A stretch of DNA of 64,000 nucleotides from an uncultured bacterium (GTDB lineage Bacteria > Hinthialibacterota > Hinthialibacteria > Hinthialibacterales > Hinthialibacteraceae). Where the stretch lies: contig CAZFER010000019.1 of the NCBI GenBank assembly GCA_964517495.1, positions 19,835 to 83,834 of the forward strand, written 5' to 3'. Of this stretch, positions 50,491-60,295 are shown piece after piece. Under the pieces are notes generated by a model, which saw nothing but the letters and a program-made list of their open reading frames with translations, was not told the origin of the DNA and did not search any database. Made by a program: the position numbers and the translations under genes. Every line of letters begins with the position of its first letter. Position 1 is the stretch's first letter.

Positions 50491-52176
50491 ATGCAAGAAA
50501 AGTACGAAAATAAATTGGACGCAACCATCACAAATCATTTTCTGCCCATTCAAGAAAATATTTGTCAATCCAAACCGGAGAGAGATAAACTCCGTTCCGT
50601 CATCCAGGAATACGTCAACCACGATAACCTGATCGCTCCTCTTTCCTTATATGAACTATCCTATCATGCCCGTGAAGTGTTAAACATTGCCCATTTAAAC
50701 ACCAAATTCCAAGACTATGCCTCCGTCTTGCTCCATAATGAACTCTGGAGCCAACGAGTCAGCCAAATCCCTTATGACCGTCGACTCTTGCTCCTCCCTC
50801 GTTGCTTGCGGCATAAAGAACACTGTCTTGCACAAGAAGACACATGGGGGCTCATTTGCGCTCATTGTGGAAACTGCCCAATCCACGACCTGCAAACTGA
50901 AGCCCAACAACTGGGTTACATGGTGATGATCGCCGAAGGTTCACCAATCGTTATGGCACTCATCGAGTCGGGGAAAATAGAAACGGTTATTGGCGTTAGC
51001 TGTCTTTCTGTTTTGGAAAAAGTCTTTCCCTACATGGAAGCCGCCGCCGTCCCTGGAATCGCCATTCCTCTACTCCGCGATGGTTGTACGGATACATATG
51101 CTGACATGGATTGGATTTGGGAAGCCATCTACCTCAATAACGATAATCCCATCCCCCGCTTGGATCTAAACGCACTAAAATTGGAAGTACAAGATTGTTT
51201 TGATCCCAATGCGTTAGCACCATACATGGGTTCACCTCATAACCATACCGAAAAAATTGCCCTCCAATGGCTGGCAAAATCCGGTAAACGATGGCGTCCT
51301 TTCCTCGCGGCATGTGTCTATCAATCTCTACGCAACGATCCGTCTGCCCCATTGCCAGACTCAATACGTAAACTTTTAATAGCAATTGAATGCTTCCATA
51401 AAGCATCCCTTATCCATGATGATATCGAAGACAACGATAACCTGCGCTATGGAGAACAAACACTCCATGTTCAATACGGTGTTCCCATCGCTCTCAACAT
51501 TGGCGACATACTCGTTGGTGATGGCTATCGCTTAATTGCAGAATTGGATATCCCCAGTGAGAGAAAGGCAAAAATGCTACACATTGCCGCTATTGGCCAT
51601 CGAACTCTTTGCCAGGGCCAAGGGGCGGAATTATGCTGGCAACAAAGCCGCACACCTCTAACCGTGAATGAAATCCTCGATATTTATAAACAAAAAACCG
51701 CACCGGCCTTTGAAGTCGCTTTAAGGCTGGGAGCCATCTATTCCAATAGGGATGATCACTTGGGCGATTTGCTTCAACAATATAGCACCGCATTAGGGAT
51801 CGCCTATCAGATTAAAGATGATTTCAGTGATAGCGGCCTGGAAGAGGGACCGAATTTGAAGATTCAGAATTCAATGGACATTTCATTACTCATGGCCCTG
51901 ACCTATGAAAAAGCCAATCATGAAGACCAGCAAATATTGAAAGCATTCTGGTATTCAACTTCGGATAAAGACTATCATAACCGGATCAATCAGATCATTC
52001 TAATACATAACATAGTACAGGATATGCAGGCACTTTTCCAACAATACAAAAACCACGCATTCTCCGTTCTATCCGCTATTGATAATCCAAATTTAAAATG
52101 TGTGCTTCACCGGGTTATCGGAAAGATTTTTGGAGATTTAACAAAAATGGGTTGTTGCAATGACAATCAGAAGTGA
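50491..52176 (+). CDS. trans-isoprenyl (polyprenyl) diphosphate synthase fused to an N-terminal Cys-rich domain of unknown function
   Basis: 561 aa. The C-terminal half has both Asp-rich motifs (LIHDDIEDNDNLRYG and YQIKDDFSD). The N-terminal ~260 aa carries PRCLRHKEHC...CAHCGNC cysteines and has no prenyl-synthase similarity. Confidence 0.8.
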   Translation: MQEKYENKLDATITNHFLPIQENICQSKPERDKLRSVIQEYVNHDNLIAPLSLYELSYHAREVLNIAHLNTKFQDYASVLLHNELWSQRVSQIPYDRRLLLLPRCLRHKEHCLAQEDTWGLICAHCGNCPIHDLQTEAQQLGYMVMIAEGSPIVMALIESGKIETVIGVSCLSVLEKVFPYMEAAAVPGIAIPLLRDGCTDTYADMDWIWEAIYLNNDNPIPRLDLNALKLEVQDCFDPNALAPYMGSPHNHTEKIALQWLAKSGKRWRPFLAACVYQSLRNDPSAPLPDSIRKLLIAIECFHKASLIHDDIEDNDNLRYGEQTLHVQYGVPIALNIGDILVGDGYRLIAELDIPSERKAKMLHIAAIGHRTLCQGQGAELCWQQSRTPLTVNEILDIYKQKTAPAFEVALRLGAIYSNRDDHLGDLLQQYSTALGIAYQIKDDFSDSGLEEGPNLKIQNSMDISLLMALTYEKANHEDQQILKAFWYSTSDKDYHNRINQIILIHNIVQDMQALFQQYKNHAFSVLSAIDNPNLKCVLHRVIGKIFGDLTKMGCCNDNQK

Positions 52177-53050
52177 TATGCTCCAAACCGCCAAACTTGG
52201 CGCATCCAGTTTAAATTCAACCATCGCCAGCCAAATATTGTATTACGTAAATAGTATTTCCAATCCCGACGGTGGCTATCGAGGCCGAAGCACAACAAGC
52301 GATTTGTACTACACGGTCTTCGCCATGAAAATTCTTCTGGCTTTTAATGCGGATTTACCCATAGAAAAAATGGAAGCCTATTTAAATTCCTTCGACTCTG
52401 GCCAATCTCTCGATCTTGTTCACCTATCCTGCCTGGCTCGATGCTGGGCAAATCTGCCGGGAAAAAAACCTTCTCCCAAAACAAGTAAATCAATTATAAG
52501 ACGAGTCAATGAATGCCGGACAGGCCCCATGGGATTCGCCAACCAGCCTGATCAGCGGAAATGCTCAATCTACAGCACATTCATGGCTTTGAGTGCCTAT
52601 CAGGATTTGGAGGAAAACATGCCCGATCAAGACGCGATTATCGAATGGATGTTTACCAATCAAGCGGCTGACGAAGGTTTCGCCTTTAAAACCGGCGCCA
52701 AGGGTTTGGTTCCCATCACCGCCGGCGCAATCATCTTGCTCAACTTTTTGAATGTCTCCGTACCTGACGAAAGTATACAATGGCTGATCGATAGACACAA
52801 TCCGGAAGGTGGTTTTCACGCAGCACCACTGCTCCCTTTTCCAGACTTACTATCCACCGCCACTGCACTTCATGCGCTCAAAACAGTAAATTGTTCATTG
52901 GATGATATTCGTGAACCATGCATTAACTTTATCAACAGCGTGTGGCGTGAATACGGCTTTTGTGGGATGACCGTTGATGACACCGTCGATGGCGAATACA
53001 CCTTCTATGGTTTACTCGCTTTAGGCAACATGCTGAATGGAAGAGAATAA
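52160..53050 (+). CDS. prenyltransferase/squalene-oxidase repeat (alpha/alpha-toroid) protein
   Basis: 296 aa. Repeats of the PDGGYRGR / NPEGGFHA type. Overlaps the upstream gene by 17 nt and the downstream gene by 14 nt. Confidence 0.6.
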   Translation: MTIRSDMLQTAKLGASSLNSTIASQILYYVNSISNPDGGYRGRSTTSDLYYTVFAMKILLAFNADLPIEKMEAYLNSFDSGQSLDLVHLSCLARCWANLPGKKPSPKTSKSIIRRVNECRTGPMGFANQPDQRKCSIYSTFMALSAYQDLEENMPDQDAIIEWMFTNQAADEGFAFKTGAKGLVPITAGAIILLNFLNVSVPDESIQWLIDRHNPEGGFHAAPLLPFPDLLSTATALHALKTVNCSLDDIREPCINFINSVWREYGFCGMTVDDTVDGEYTFYGLLALGNMLNGRE

Positions 53051-54968
53051 TGGAATGAACGTTACTCGCTATGATCTTTCAACATCATTGGCCAATGCCC
53101 GAACGTGCCTGCTACAAGAACGCAACCCGCATGGTCATTGGGACGGTGAACTATCCAGTAGTGCTCTTTCAACTGCAACCGCCGTTGTTGCTCTCTCACT
53201 GACGGATCCACAAAAATATCAACAACACATCCATCAAGGTCTTCAATGGTTGAACCAATATCAAAACAAGGACGGTGGGTGGGGAGATAGTATCCTGAGC
53301 CCAAGCAATATAAGCACAACCACGCTTGCCTGGGCGGCATATGCGGTCGCGGAAGATGAATCGATTTACACCAATACAATAAAAAAAGCCGAGCAATGGA
53401 TCAAAAAAAGATCAGGTCAACTGGATATCGAAACACTCGCTGACGCGATTACGGCCTGCTATGGCGAAGACCGTACTTTCTCCGTCCCCATCTTAACTCA
53501 CTGCGTTCTGAGCGGGAAATTCGGTTCTGACCCTAAAACATGGTCTTTCATTAAACCGCTCCCCTTCGAACTCGCTCTCGCGCCCTTCTGCTGCTTGAAA
53601 TGGTTGCGCATCACTGTAGTCAGCTATGCACTTCCCGCCCTTATCGCTATTGGCCAGGTAAGACATCATTACGCACCACCCAAAAATCCCTTCGTGCGCT
53701 TCATTCGCAATATCGCCCGTCCCGGAACGTTAAACCTCCTGCGCACCATTCAACCCGACAGCGGAGGTTTCCTTGAAGCCACTCCCCTGACCAGCTTCGT
53801 GACGATGTCACTGGTTTCATCCGGTCACAAAGATCATCTCGTTGTCAAAAAAGCCACCGAATTTTTAACACGTTCACAAAGAAACGATGGAAGTTGGCCT
53901 ATTGATTCAAATTTAACAACGTGGGGAACAACCCTAAGCGTAAATGCACTCGCTATGAACAAAGAATTCAAACATCTCCTTTCAGAAAAGGAACGTGCCT
54001 CTATCACATCCTGGCTATTGAATCAACAAAACCGTGGAATCCATCCCTACACCCGCGCAGGTGCTGGTGGATGGGCCTGGACGGATTTGCCTGGCGGTGT
54101 CCCCGACGCGGACGATACCGCGGGAGCGCTTATTGCGTTGTATAATCTGGGCATTGAAAAAGAAGCCATAAAAGAAGCCGTTCAACCAGGCATTCAGTGG
54201 TTCTTGCAGTTGCAAAATAACGATGGTGGAATCCCCACGTTCTGCCGGGGCTGGGGGAAACTCCCTTTCGACCGTAGTGCCCCGGATCTAACCGCTCATT
54301 TCATTTCAGCATTGTCCATCTGGTCTCAAACAAACCAGTTGCCAGAACCGCTCAATCTACAAATCAAAAAATCGATCAGGAAAAGCCTGCATTTTCTAAA
54401 AACCTCGCAACAAGACAATGGGTCCTGGATTCCTCTGTGGTTTGGTAATCCCCATGCCCCCAACGAAGAAAACCCTGTTTATGGTACATCTTTGGTTACT
54501 ACATCGCTCGTTAATCTAACCAATATTCCAGACGTCACCCTGATTGACATGGTATCAAACGGTCACAAATACATCCTGGAAACGCAAAACACCGATCAAG
54601 GCTGGGGAGGTTCTTGCAATACCCCCTCGAGCATTGAAGAAACCGCCTTGGCCATTTGTGCTCTATCTCAAGTCCTGGCATGGTCCAAAACGCATGAAAT
54701 GATTTCAAAAAGATTCAATGAACAACAGATCATAAATTCAATTAAACAAGGCACTGCGTGGCTTCTTGAAAAAACACACCTCGGTACAGAATTTCCAGCT
54801 TCACCAATAGGCCTCTATTTTGCCCGCTTATGGTATTTCGAAAAATTATACCCCATCATCTTTACAACCAGAGCGCTTGAACTAGTGAATCGTATGATTC
54901 CTCTTCTTTTTGAACATAGCCTTTTCCAACATCAAGATAAACAAAATGTCAAAGGAACCACACGGTAA
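53037..54968 (+). CDS. squalene-hopene cyclase-type class II terpene cyclase
   Basis: 643 aa. Multiple QW motifs (QNKDGGWGDS, RNDGSWPID, QNNDGGIPT, QQDNGSWIPLWFGN, QNTDQGWGGS). Catalytic DxDDTA motif (GVPDADDTAGAL). Confidence 0.8.
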   Translation: MEENNGMNVTRYDLSTSLANARTCLLQERNPHGHWDGELSSSALSTATAVVALSLTDPQKYQQHIHQGLQWLNQYQNKDGGWGDSILSPSNISTTTLAWAAYAVAEDESIYTNTIKKAEQWIKKRSGQLDIETLADAITACYGEDRTFSVPILTHCVLSGKFGSDPKTWSFIKPLPFELALAPFCCLKWLRITVVSYALPALIAIGQVRHHYAPPKNPFVRFIRNIARPGTLNLLRTIQPDSGGFLEATPLTSFVTMSLVSSGHKDHLVVKKATEFLTRSQRNDGSWPIDSNLTTWGTTLSVNALAMNKEFKHLLSEKERASITSWLLNQQNRGIHPYTRAGAGGWAWTDLPGGVPDADDTAGALIALYNLGIEKEAIKEAVQPGIQWFLQLQNNDGGIPTFCRGWGKLPFDRSAPDLTAHFISALSIWSQTNQLPEPLNLQIKKSIRKSLHFLKTSQQDNGSWIPLWFGNPHAPNEENPVYGTSLVTTSLVNLTNIPDVTLIDMVSNGHKYILETQNTDQGWGGSCNTPSSIEETALAICALSQVLAWSKTHEMISKRFNEQQIINSIKQGTAWLLEKTHLGTEFPASPIGLYFARLWYFEKLYPIIFTTRALELVNRMIPLLFEHSLFQHQDKQNVKGTTR

Positions 54969-55122
54969 AATAGACGCTAAAAAAGGAATATTTTACCCCA
55001 TATTTTATGGAATACGTATATATAGAACTTAACCCGCACGTCTGGTCTTTTCAACCCGCCTCTAAACAACAATTATTTTCATAAGCCCGAATACAACGTT
55101 CATCCACCATAGCCTGCAGGTG

Positions 55123-55154
55123 CCAAGGGTAAAACGTTGTTTTTTTACCCTTGG
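55123..55154. terminator. bidirectional rho-independent terminator, family C repeat (ccaagggtaaaa-acgttgt-ttttttacccttgg)
   Basis: 13 bp stem with T/A runs on both sides. Lies between the cyclase gene (+, ends 54968) and the sucrose synthase gene (-, ends 55321). Confidence 0.65.
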
Positions 55155-55320
55155 GGTCACACCCTCATACGCTAATACTCCCAATAACTCAAAGGCAATC
55201 CCCTAAGAGGATTCATGCGCGACCTACCGCATAGTATGGTAGGGTGGACTCAAAGCCAAGCGTAGCCAACCCGTCATACGCACCTTTATTTTACGCTTTC
55301 CAATACACTGATGCATGCCC

Positions 55321-57711
55321 TCAGGAATTCAAAATCATATCCGCGCGTTGTTTGTACATTAGTCCATAAAACATCTGCAAATAACGCTGGGTTTCTTTCC
55401 GTTGAAGGTTGGTGGCGTGTTTCCAGAAGCCATAGATTCGCGAGAGCGACATGAGCCGTTCGGCGTAGAGTTTCCAGTTATAACGGCTCTTGATTCGCTG
55501 AATGGCACCATTGGAGATGGTATCCCATTCCGACATATCACGTTGGCAACGCTCGATAAAATCGGCCATCTTGTTTGCCGATTCCAACCCGTGGTTTGGA
55601 TCGATGTGATACCCTGAATACCCCTCAAGGATAATCTCCTGTGGACCGCCATAACTGGTGGCAAAGGTCGGCAGGCCGGAACTCATGGCTTCGATCACCG
55701 TCAGCCCAAACGCCTCAAACAAAGCCGGTTGAACAAAGGCTCCCTTTAAATCGGCAATATAACGATATAACTCACCTACAAAGTTCTTTTGCAATTGCGC
55801 GCCAATCCAACGGATTTTATCATCCAAGTGGTAATGAGTCATCAAGTCATGCATGCGGTGAATCTGTTCCTGTTCCTCATAATCCGACGAGCGGTTCGCA
55901 TCAGTGTACCCCCCCACAATCACCAAATTCGCCAGCTCTTGCAAGCGCTCGCATTGGCCATACCATTCCACCAGACCGGTTAAATTCTTGATGCGGTCCA
56001 TTCGAGATAAGCTAAAGAGGATGGTTTTTTCACCTTTTTGAATCAATCCACGACAATCAGGATAATCTTCCGAAAAAAGCATGCGATGAATCTCTTCATG
56101 TAAATTACTCAAGCGGTGGTCATTTTCCCAATAGGGAAAAAACACATCAGGATCAGCGCCCGGTGAGACGATATTGAATTTTGGATCAAACACATTGATC
56201 CCGTTTTTTACCCGATACAATCCCGGCATGGTAAAGGTGGAATAACTTTCGTACTGCCCCACCACATCCGAGTTGCCAACAATCTCTTGATACGTACTGG
56301 TTATAATAAAATCTGCGGTATTCATCGAAATAAGATCCGCGGTAAATTGGCAGGAAAAGTGATACTGATCTTCCAGATTCATCCAATAAAGATCAGAGTA
56401 CAGATACTTGGTCTTTTCCAACGCATGGGCGATATTACATTGTGATACATTCAACCGTTCAGCAAGCAAAGTTGCCACTAAATTCCCGTCAGAATAATTT
56501 CCAATAATCAAGTCTGGCCGTGTTCCCAATTGCGCGAGTATTTCACGTTCCGCGTCAATTGAAAATTGCTCCAAATAGGGCCATATACGAAAACGTGATA
56601 TCCACTGGGGAATGATATCGCCGTTTTCATTCCGAAAAGGAATTCGGACAATCGTAGCATTTTGGGTTCCGGATATGGGTTCCAGTGGTTCATCACACGA
56701 TGTTCCATCCGATTCCGGAATAAGCCGGGTCATCACGATAATTTTGGATTCCATGTCGATGCCTTGTTCCCACAAGCGCTCATTCATCTCATTTTCAAGC
56801 GCTTTGACCTGATCCAATATATAAATCACCTGCCCCCCGGTATCTGGCTTGCCCAGTACATTGGTTTGCCCAAAATAACCATGAGGCGATAGTATCACCA
56901 CGTTAAAGATCATGGGAATTCGACTCAGAAATTCGCTTAAACGATTATGGTCCGGGGCTTCCCAAATGTCAGACAATAAATAAAGCGTGTCAAGCATTCG
57001 TCTTACAGTTCGTCCCCACCCCAATTCAAATCCCATCTCCTGCATGGTATGGGCGACCATATCCCACTCGGTATCTCCAGAAAATTGGGATAAATAGTCT
57101 TGTGCCCGGGTCAAGGCCTGCTGCAACTGAGAAATATTTTGGATACGATCGTTCAGCATCAGGGGTTGCCCCTGACATTCATGAACCCGTAAAAAATTGA
57201 ACAACAACTTCCCATCCTTCGCAGGATCGCTGAATAAGTTATTGCTCAAATGGCGGTTTAAAAATTCCACCCCGCGCCCAATGGATCGCGCTTCCTTTAA
57301 TTTGGGAAACTCCCGGTTGAATGGTTGGAGGTCTATTTCAAGGACCCAATCATCCGCACCAGCCTGAGGATTGACCAATCGCTCCTTGATATGCAGAAAT
57401 TCTGAAGCACTCATTTCATCGCAATGCATACTTTCCATATGAAAACGAATATAAATCCACACCCCAATCCGGGGACGATAGGCAAAACTGATCCACGGCG
57501 ATTGTATAACCGCTTCCTGTGAATGATGCATCAAATGGCCAAACGCAGTTGATTTAATCATGCGGTTTGAATCGTCTTCACAAAATTGCTTAAATTCGTC
57601 ATAAATATCTGACCGAAGAAGAAAGGGCCGTTCCAACCCAGTCAACTGTCGCAGAAAAACATAGATTACATTGCGATGTTCATTGATAGCGTTCTGTATT
57701 TCCTGAATCAT
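55321..57711 (-). CDS. sucrose synthase (GT4)
   Basis: 796 aa. Sucrose synthase N-domain blocks (WVLEIDLQPFNREFP, SIGRGVEFLNRHLS). C-terminal GT-B glycosyltransferase. Confidence 0.85.
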   Translation of the reverse strand: MIQEIQNAINEHRNVIYVFLRQLTGLERPFLLRSDIYDEFKQFCEDDSNRMIKSTAFGHLMHHSQEAVIQSPWISFAYRPRIGVWIYIRFHMESMHCDEMSASEFLHIKERLVNPQAGADDWVLEIDLQPFNREFPKLKEARSIGRGVEFLNRHLSNNLFSDPAKDGKLLFNFLRVHECQGQPLMLNDRIQNISQLQQALTRAQDYLSQFSGDTEWDMVAHTMQEMGFELGWGRTVRRMLDTLYLLSDIWEAPDHNRLSEFLSRIPMIFNVVILSPHGYFGQTNVLGKPDTGGQVIYILDQVKALENEMNERLWEQGIDMESKIIVMTRLIPESDGTSCDEPLEPISGTQNATIVRIPFRNENGDIIPQWISRFRIWPYLEQFSIDAEREILAQLGTRPDLIIGNYSDGNLVATLLAERLNVSQCNIAHALEKTKYLYSDLYWMNLEDQYHFSCQFTADLISMNTADFIITSTYQEIVGNSDVVGQYESYSTFTMPGLYRVKNGINVFDPKFNIVSPGADPDVFFPYWENDHRLSNLHEEIHRMLFSEDYPDCRGLIQKGEKTILFSLSRMDRIKNLTGLVEWYGQCERLQELANLVIVGGYTDANRSSDYEEQEQIHRMHDLMTHYHLDDKIRWIGAQLQKNFVGELYRYIADLKGAFVQPALFEAFGLTVIEAMSSGLPTFATSYGGPQEIILEGYSGYHIDPNHGLESANKMADFIERCQRDMSEWDTISNGAIQRIKSRYNWKLYAERLMSLSRIYGFWKHATNLQRKETQRYLQMFYGLMYKQRADMILNS

Positions 57712-59888
57712 ACATCCTCCATTTTGGGGTTCTTGACGTTGCCTAAGAAGTCAAAGTATTCGATTCCTTCCAAAATACCAGCTGCAGAGTGGGCTTCAGC
57801 GAAATAAACGGTGGGGTTCTTTTTTAAGTTTTTCAACTCCTTGCTGTAATTCCCCACCACAATGGATAACGAGTGCCCTTTCAGCATATCTTCATCGTTT
57901 CCTGATCCCCCGGCAGTCAATATCCGTTCCATGGGAATACCCCAGCGGCTGGCCAAATACCAAATAGCCAAACCTTTGGAAGCGCGCAAGGGTATAAAAT
58001 CCAGATATTGCTGCAGCGAATAAATCACTTTAACCACAAACTGATTTTCTCTCATCATGCGTATTATTTCACGCCGTTTGGGGGCTATGCTCGGATCGAT
58101 ATAATAACTGATTTTATGATCACTCTGATTTTCCGGCGGTTGTAATTCTATCCCAGGCAGAGTGGAAACAAAATCTTTGAGTTGCTCTGGTTTCCATTTA
58201 TAGTTTAAATGTTTTTCCCATCCCCGATCCAGTTTTAAGTCGTCACCATAATTGATTTCTGTACCGACAGATGTAATCAATAAATCAGGGCGTGGAACAT
58301 TGATTTCTTCAAGAATACCCGTAGCACTTTCCAGGGTGCGGCCGGTCGCGATCCCAAAGCCAACATTATCCTTGCTTTCCTCAATCCTTTTAACCAGCTC
58401 GTCCAAAGCCTCCTGGTCACCCAACAATGTGTTGTCGATGTCAGTAATTAACAACCGGTCCGCATTTAACAACCGCTTTCCTGTGGAAACCCAGAATGGT
58501 GAAACCAATTGTTCCTGCGTATGTTTTTTGATTTGTTCCAAATAGGTTTCGGTATGACTCTCCCACGAATAATGCTTCTTGACACCCGCGAGGCCACTTT
58601 GAGCAAATTGCTGCCATTTTCGCGGATCGGTAATAATCGAATGGATAGCTTCCGCAATCTCTTGGGGGTTGAGTGGATCAATGAGAATTCCATTCTGACA
58701 ATGCCTCACAATATCACGCGGCCCTCCATCGTTGGTGGCTACAATGGGAACCCCACTGGCTGCTGCTTCAATAAGGGTCAGGCCAAAAGGTTCCGTCAAG
58801 GCGGGATTAACAAACACTCCCCCTGTTTTGGCGCACATACAGTATAAATTCGGAACATCCTCGGATTGATGGGTTTTTGGATAGGCCACCCGGCCATATA
58901 AATCATACTTATCAATTAGATAAAATATATTCCTGATAACGCCTCGCGCTCCTGTGTCCAGGTGTTTTAAATCATCCCGGTTTCCTGCCACGATAACAAG
59001 ATTGGCCTTCTCCTTCAAATCCGGATGTTGCGCATAGGCCTGAATCAGTGAGGCGATGTTTTTGCGTTCATCCGCTCTGGAGATGGCGAGAACCATCGGT
59101 TTTTCCGGTTCTCTCAAGAATTTTTTCAACCGTTCAAAATAAGAGTAATATTCCAGCGGCTGCTTTGATGGACTGAATCGGGATAAATCCGTCCCTGGCG
59201 GAATGACATCCATCTTTATCGGTTGATAGCGTTGATAGACTTTATACTGCTCTTCCACTTCCTGGTTGGTGCTGGCAACCACCATGGAGGCGGATTCCAA
59301 GGCCAGTTCTTCTGCCTCTATACGTTCTGTAATGTGATATTGCTCTTCGATGCGTTTTTCAGACATCCCATGGTCAATAAGGCGTTTCCGCTTTGTCCGC
59401 CCCAATGAATGGCCGGTGAATACCAAGGGAATCCCCAATAGATGAGAAAGTTTGGAACCCACATACCCGGCATCCGCATAATGGGCATGAATGATGTCGG
59501 GCATACGCTTGATTTTACGAAAATACTTTAATATCTCATTGGCGAATTCATCCAAATACGGCCAAAGCACTTCTTTACGCAAATAGCGTTTGGGGCCACA
59601 GGGTTTTCGAATAATTTGAGCACCCGATCCTAAATCTTCCACCTCTTCTTCATAATCAGAATCGACTTTTTTATCGAAGATTTGCCGAGTGATCAAGTCA
59701 ACTTTATCCACGTCTTCTTGTTGAGATAGCGTTTTTGCCAACTCAACAACATACAACACTTGCCCGCCGGTATCTGCATCACGGCCTAATTCAATTTTTT
59801 TACCCCGAACCAACCCATGTACACTGATCATCGCAATATACAACGTGTCATTTGACAGAGTTGCATAATTGTTCATATTCGTTTTCAT
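57708..59888 (-). CDS. sucrose-phosphate synthase with a C-terminal sucrose-phosphatase-like HAD domain
   Basis: 726 aa. GT4 SPS blocks (ISVHGLVRGKKIELGRDADTGGQVLYVVELA). C-terminal LLITDIDNTLLGD HAD motif. 4 nt ATGA overlap with the sucrose synthase gene. Confidence 0.85.
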   Translation of the reverse strand: MKTNMNNYATLSNDTLYIAMISVHGLVRGKKIELGRDADTGGQVLYVVELAKTLSQQEDVDKVDLITRQIFDKKVDSDYEEEVEDLGSGAQIIRKPCGPKRYLRKEVLWPYLDEFANEILKYFRKIKRMPDIIHAHYADAGYVGSKLSHLLGIPLVFTGHSLGRTKRKRLIDHGMSEKRIEEQYHITERIEAEELALESASMVVASTNQEVEEQYKVYQRYQPIKMDVIPPGTDLSRFSPSKQPLEYYSYFERLKKFLREPEKPMVLAISRADERKNIASLIQAYAQHPDLKEKANLVIVAGNRDDLKHLDTGARGVIRNIFYLIDKYDLYGRVAYPKTHQSEDVPNLYCMCAKTGGVFVNPALTEPFGLTLIEAAASGVPIVATNDGGPRDIVRHCQNGILIDPLNPQEIAEAIHSIITDPRKWQQFAQSGLAGVKKHYSWESHTETYLEQIKKHTQEQLVSPFWVSTGKRLLNADRLLITDIDNTLLGDQEALDELVKRIEESKDNVGFGIATGRTLESATGILEEINVPRPDLLITSVGTEINYGDDLKLDRGWEKHLNYKWKPEQLKDFVSTLPGIELQPPENQSDHKISYYIDPSIAPKRREIIRMMRENQFVVKVIYSLQQYLDFIPLRASKGLAIWYLASRWGIPMERILTAGGSGNDEDMLKGHSLSIVVGNYSKELKNLKKNPTVYFAEAHSAAGILEGIEYFDFLGNVKNPKMEDV

Positions 59889-60295
59889 TCGAAATTATTC
59901 CTTTCGAAAGTCATATTAATCAACAACTTAGAACCAGTAGTATTCACTCTTTGGGAAAGAGAATACAATTCCATCTCATAAAAAGTATAATGTTACAAAT
60001 CCGTACCTCAATAGTTTGAACTTCAATCAATGAAAACCAATTTTTTGTGTTTAAATCAGTTAGGTGATTAAGTAATATGTCGAAAATGTTTCAATTTACG
60101 TCATGTGGTCGATTATGTTCCTTGAAAGATTGGAATTATATCCAAATAAAATTAATAAACTTTTCTTCAACTTTCAACTTGTAATGTTTTGTAATGTATT
60201 CTATAATGAATGCTAAAATATGTTTCAATATATATATTAATAAAATAGGGTCTCGTTGAGGGATATAATTCATCTTGAAGACAGAGGATATTAAG

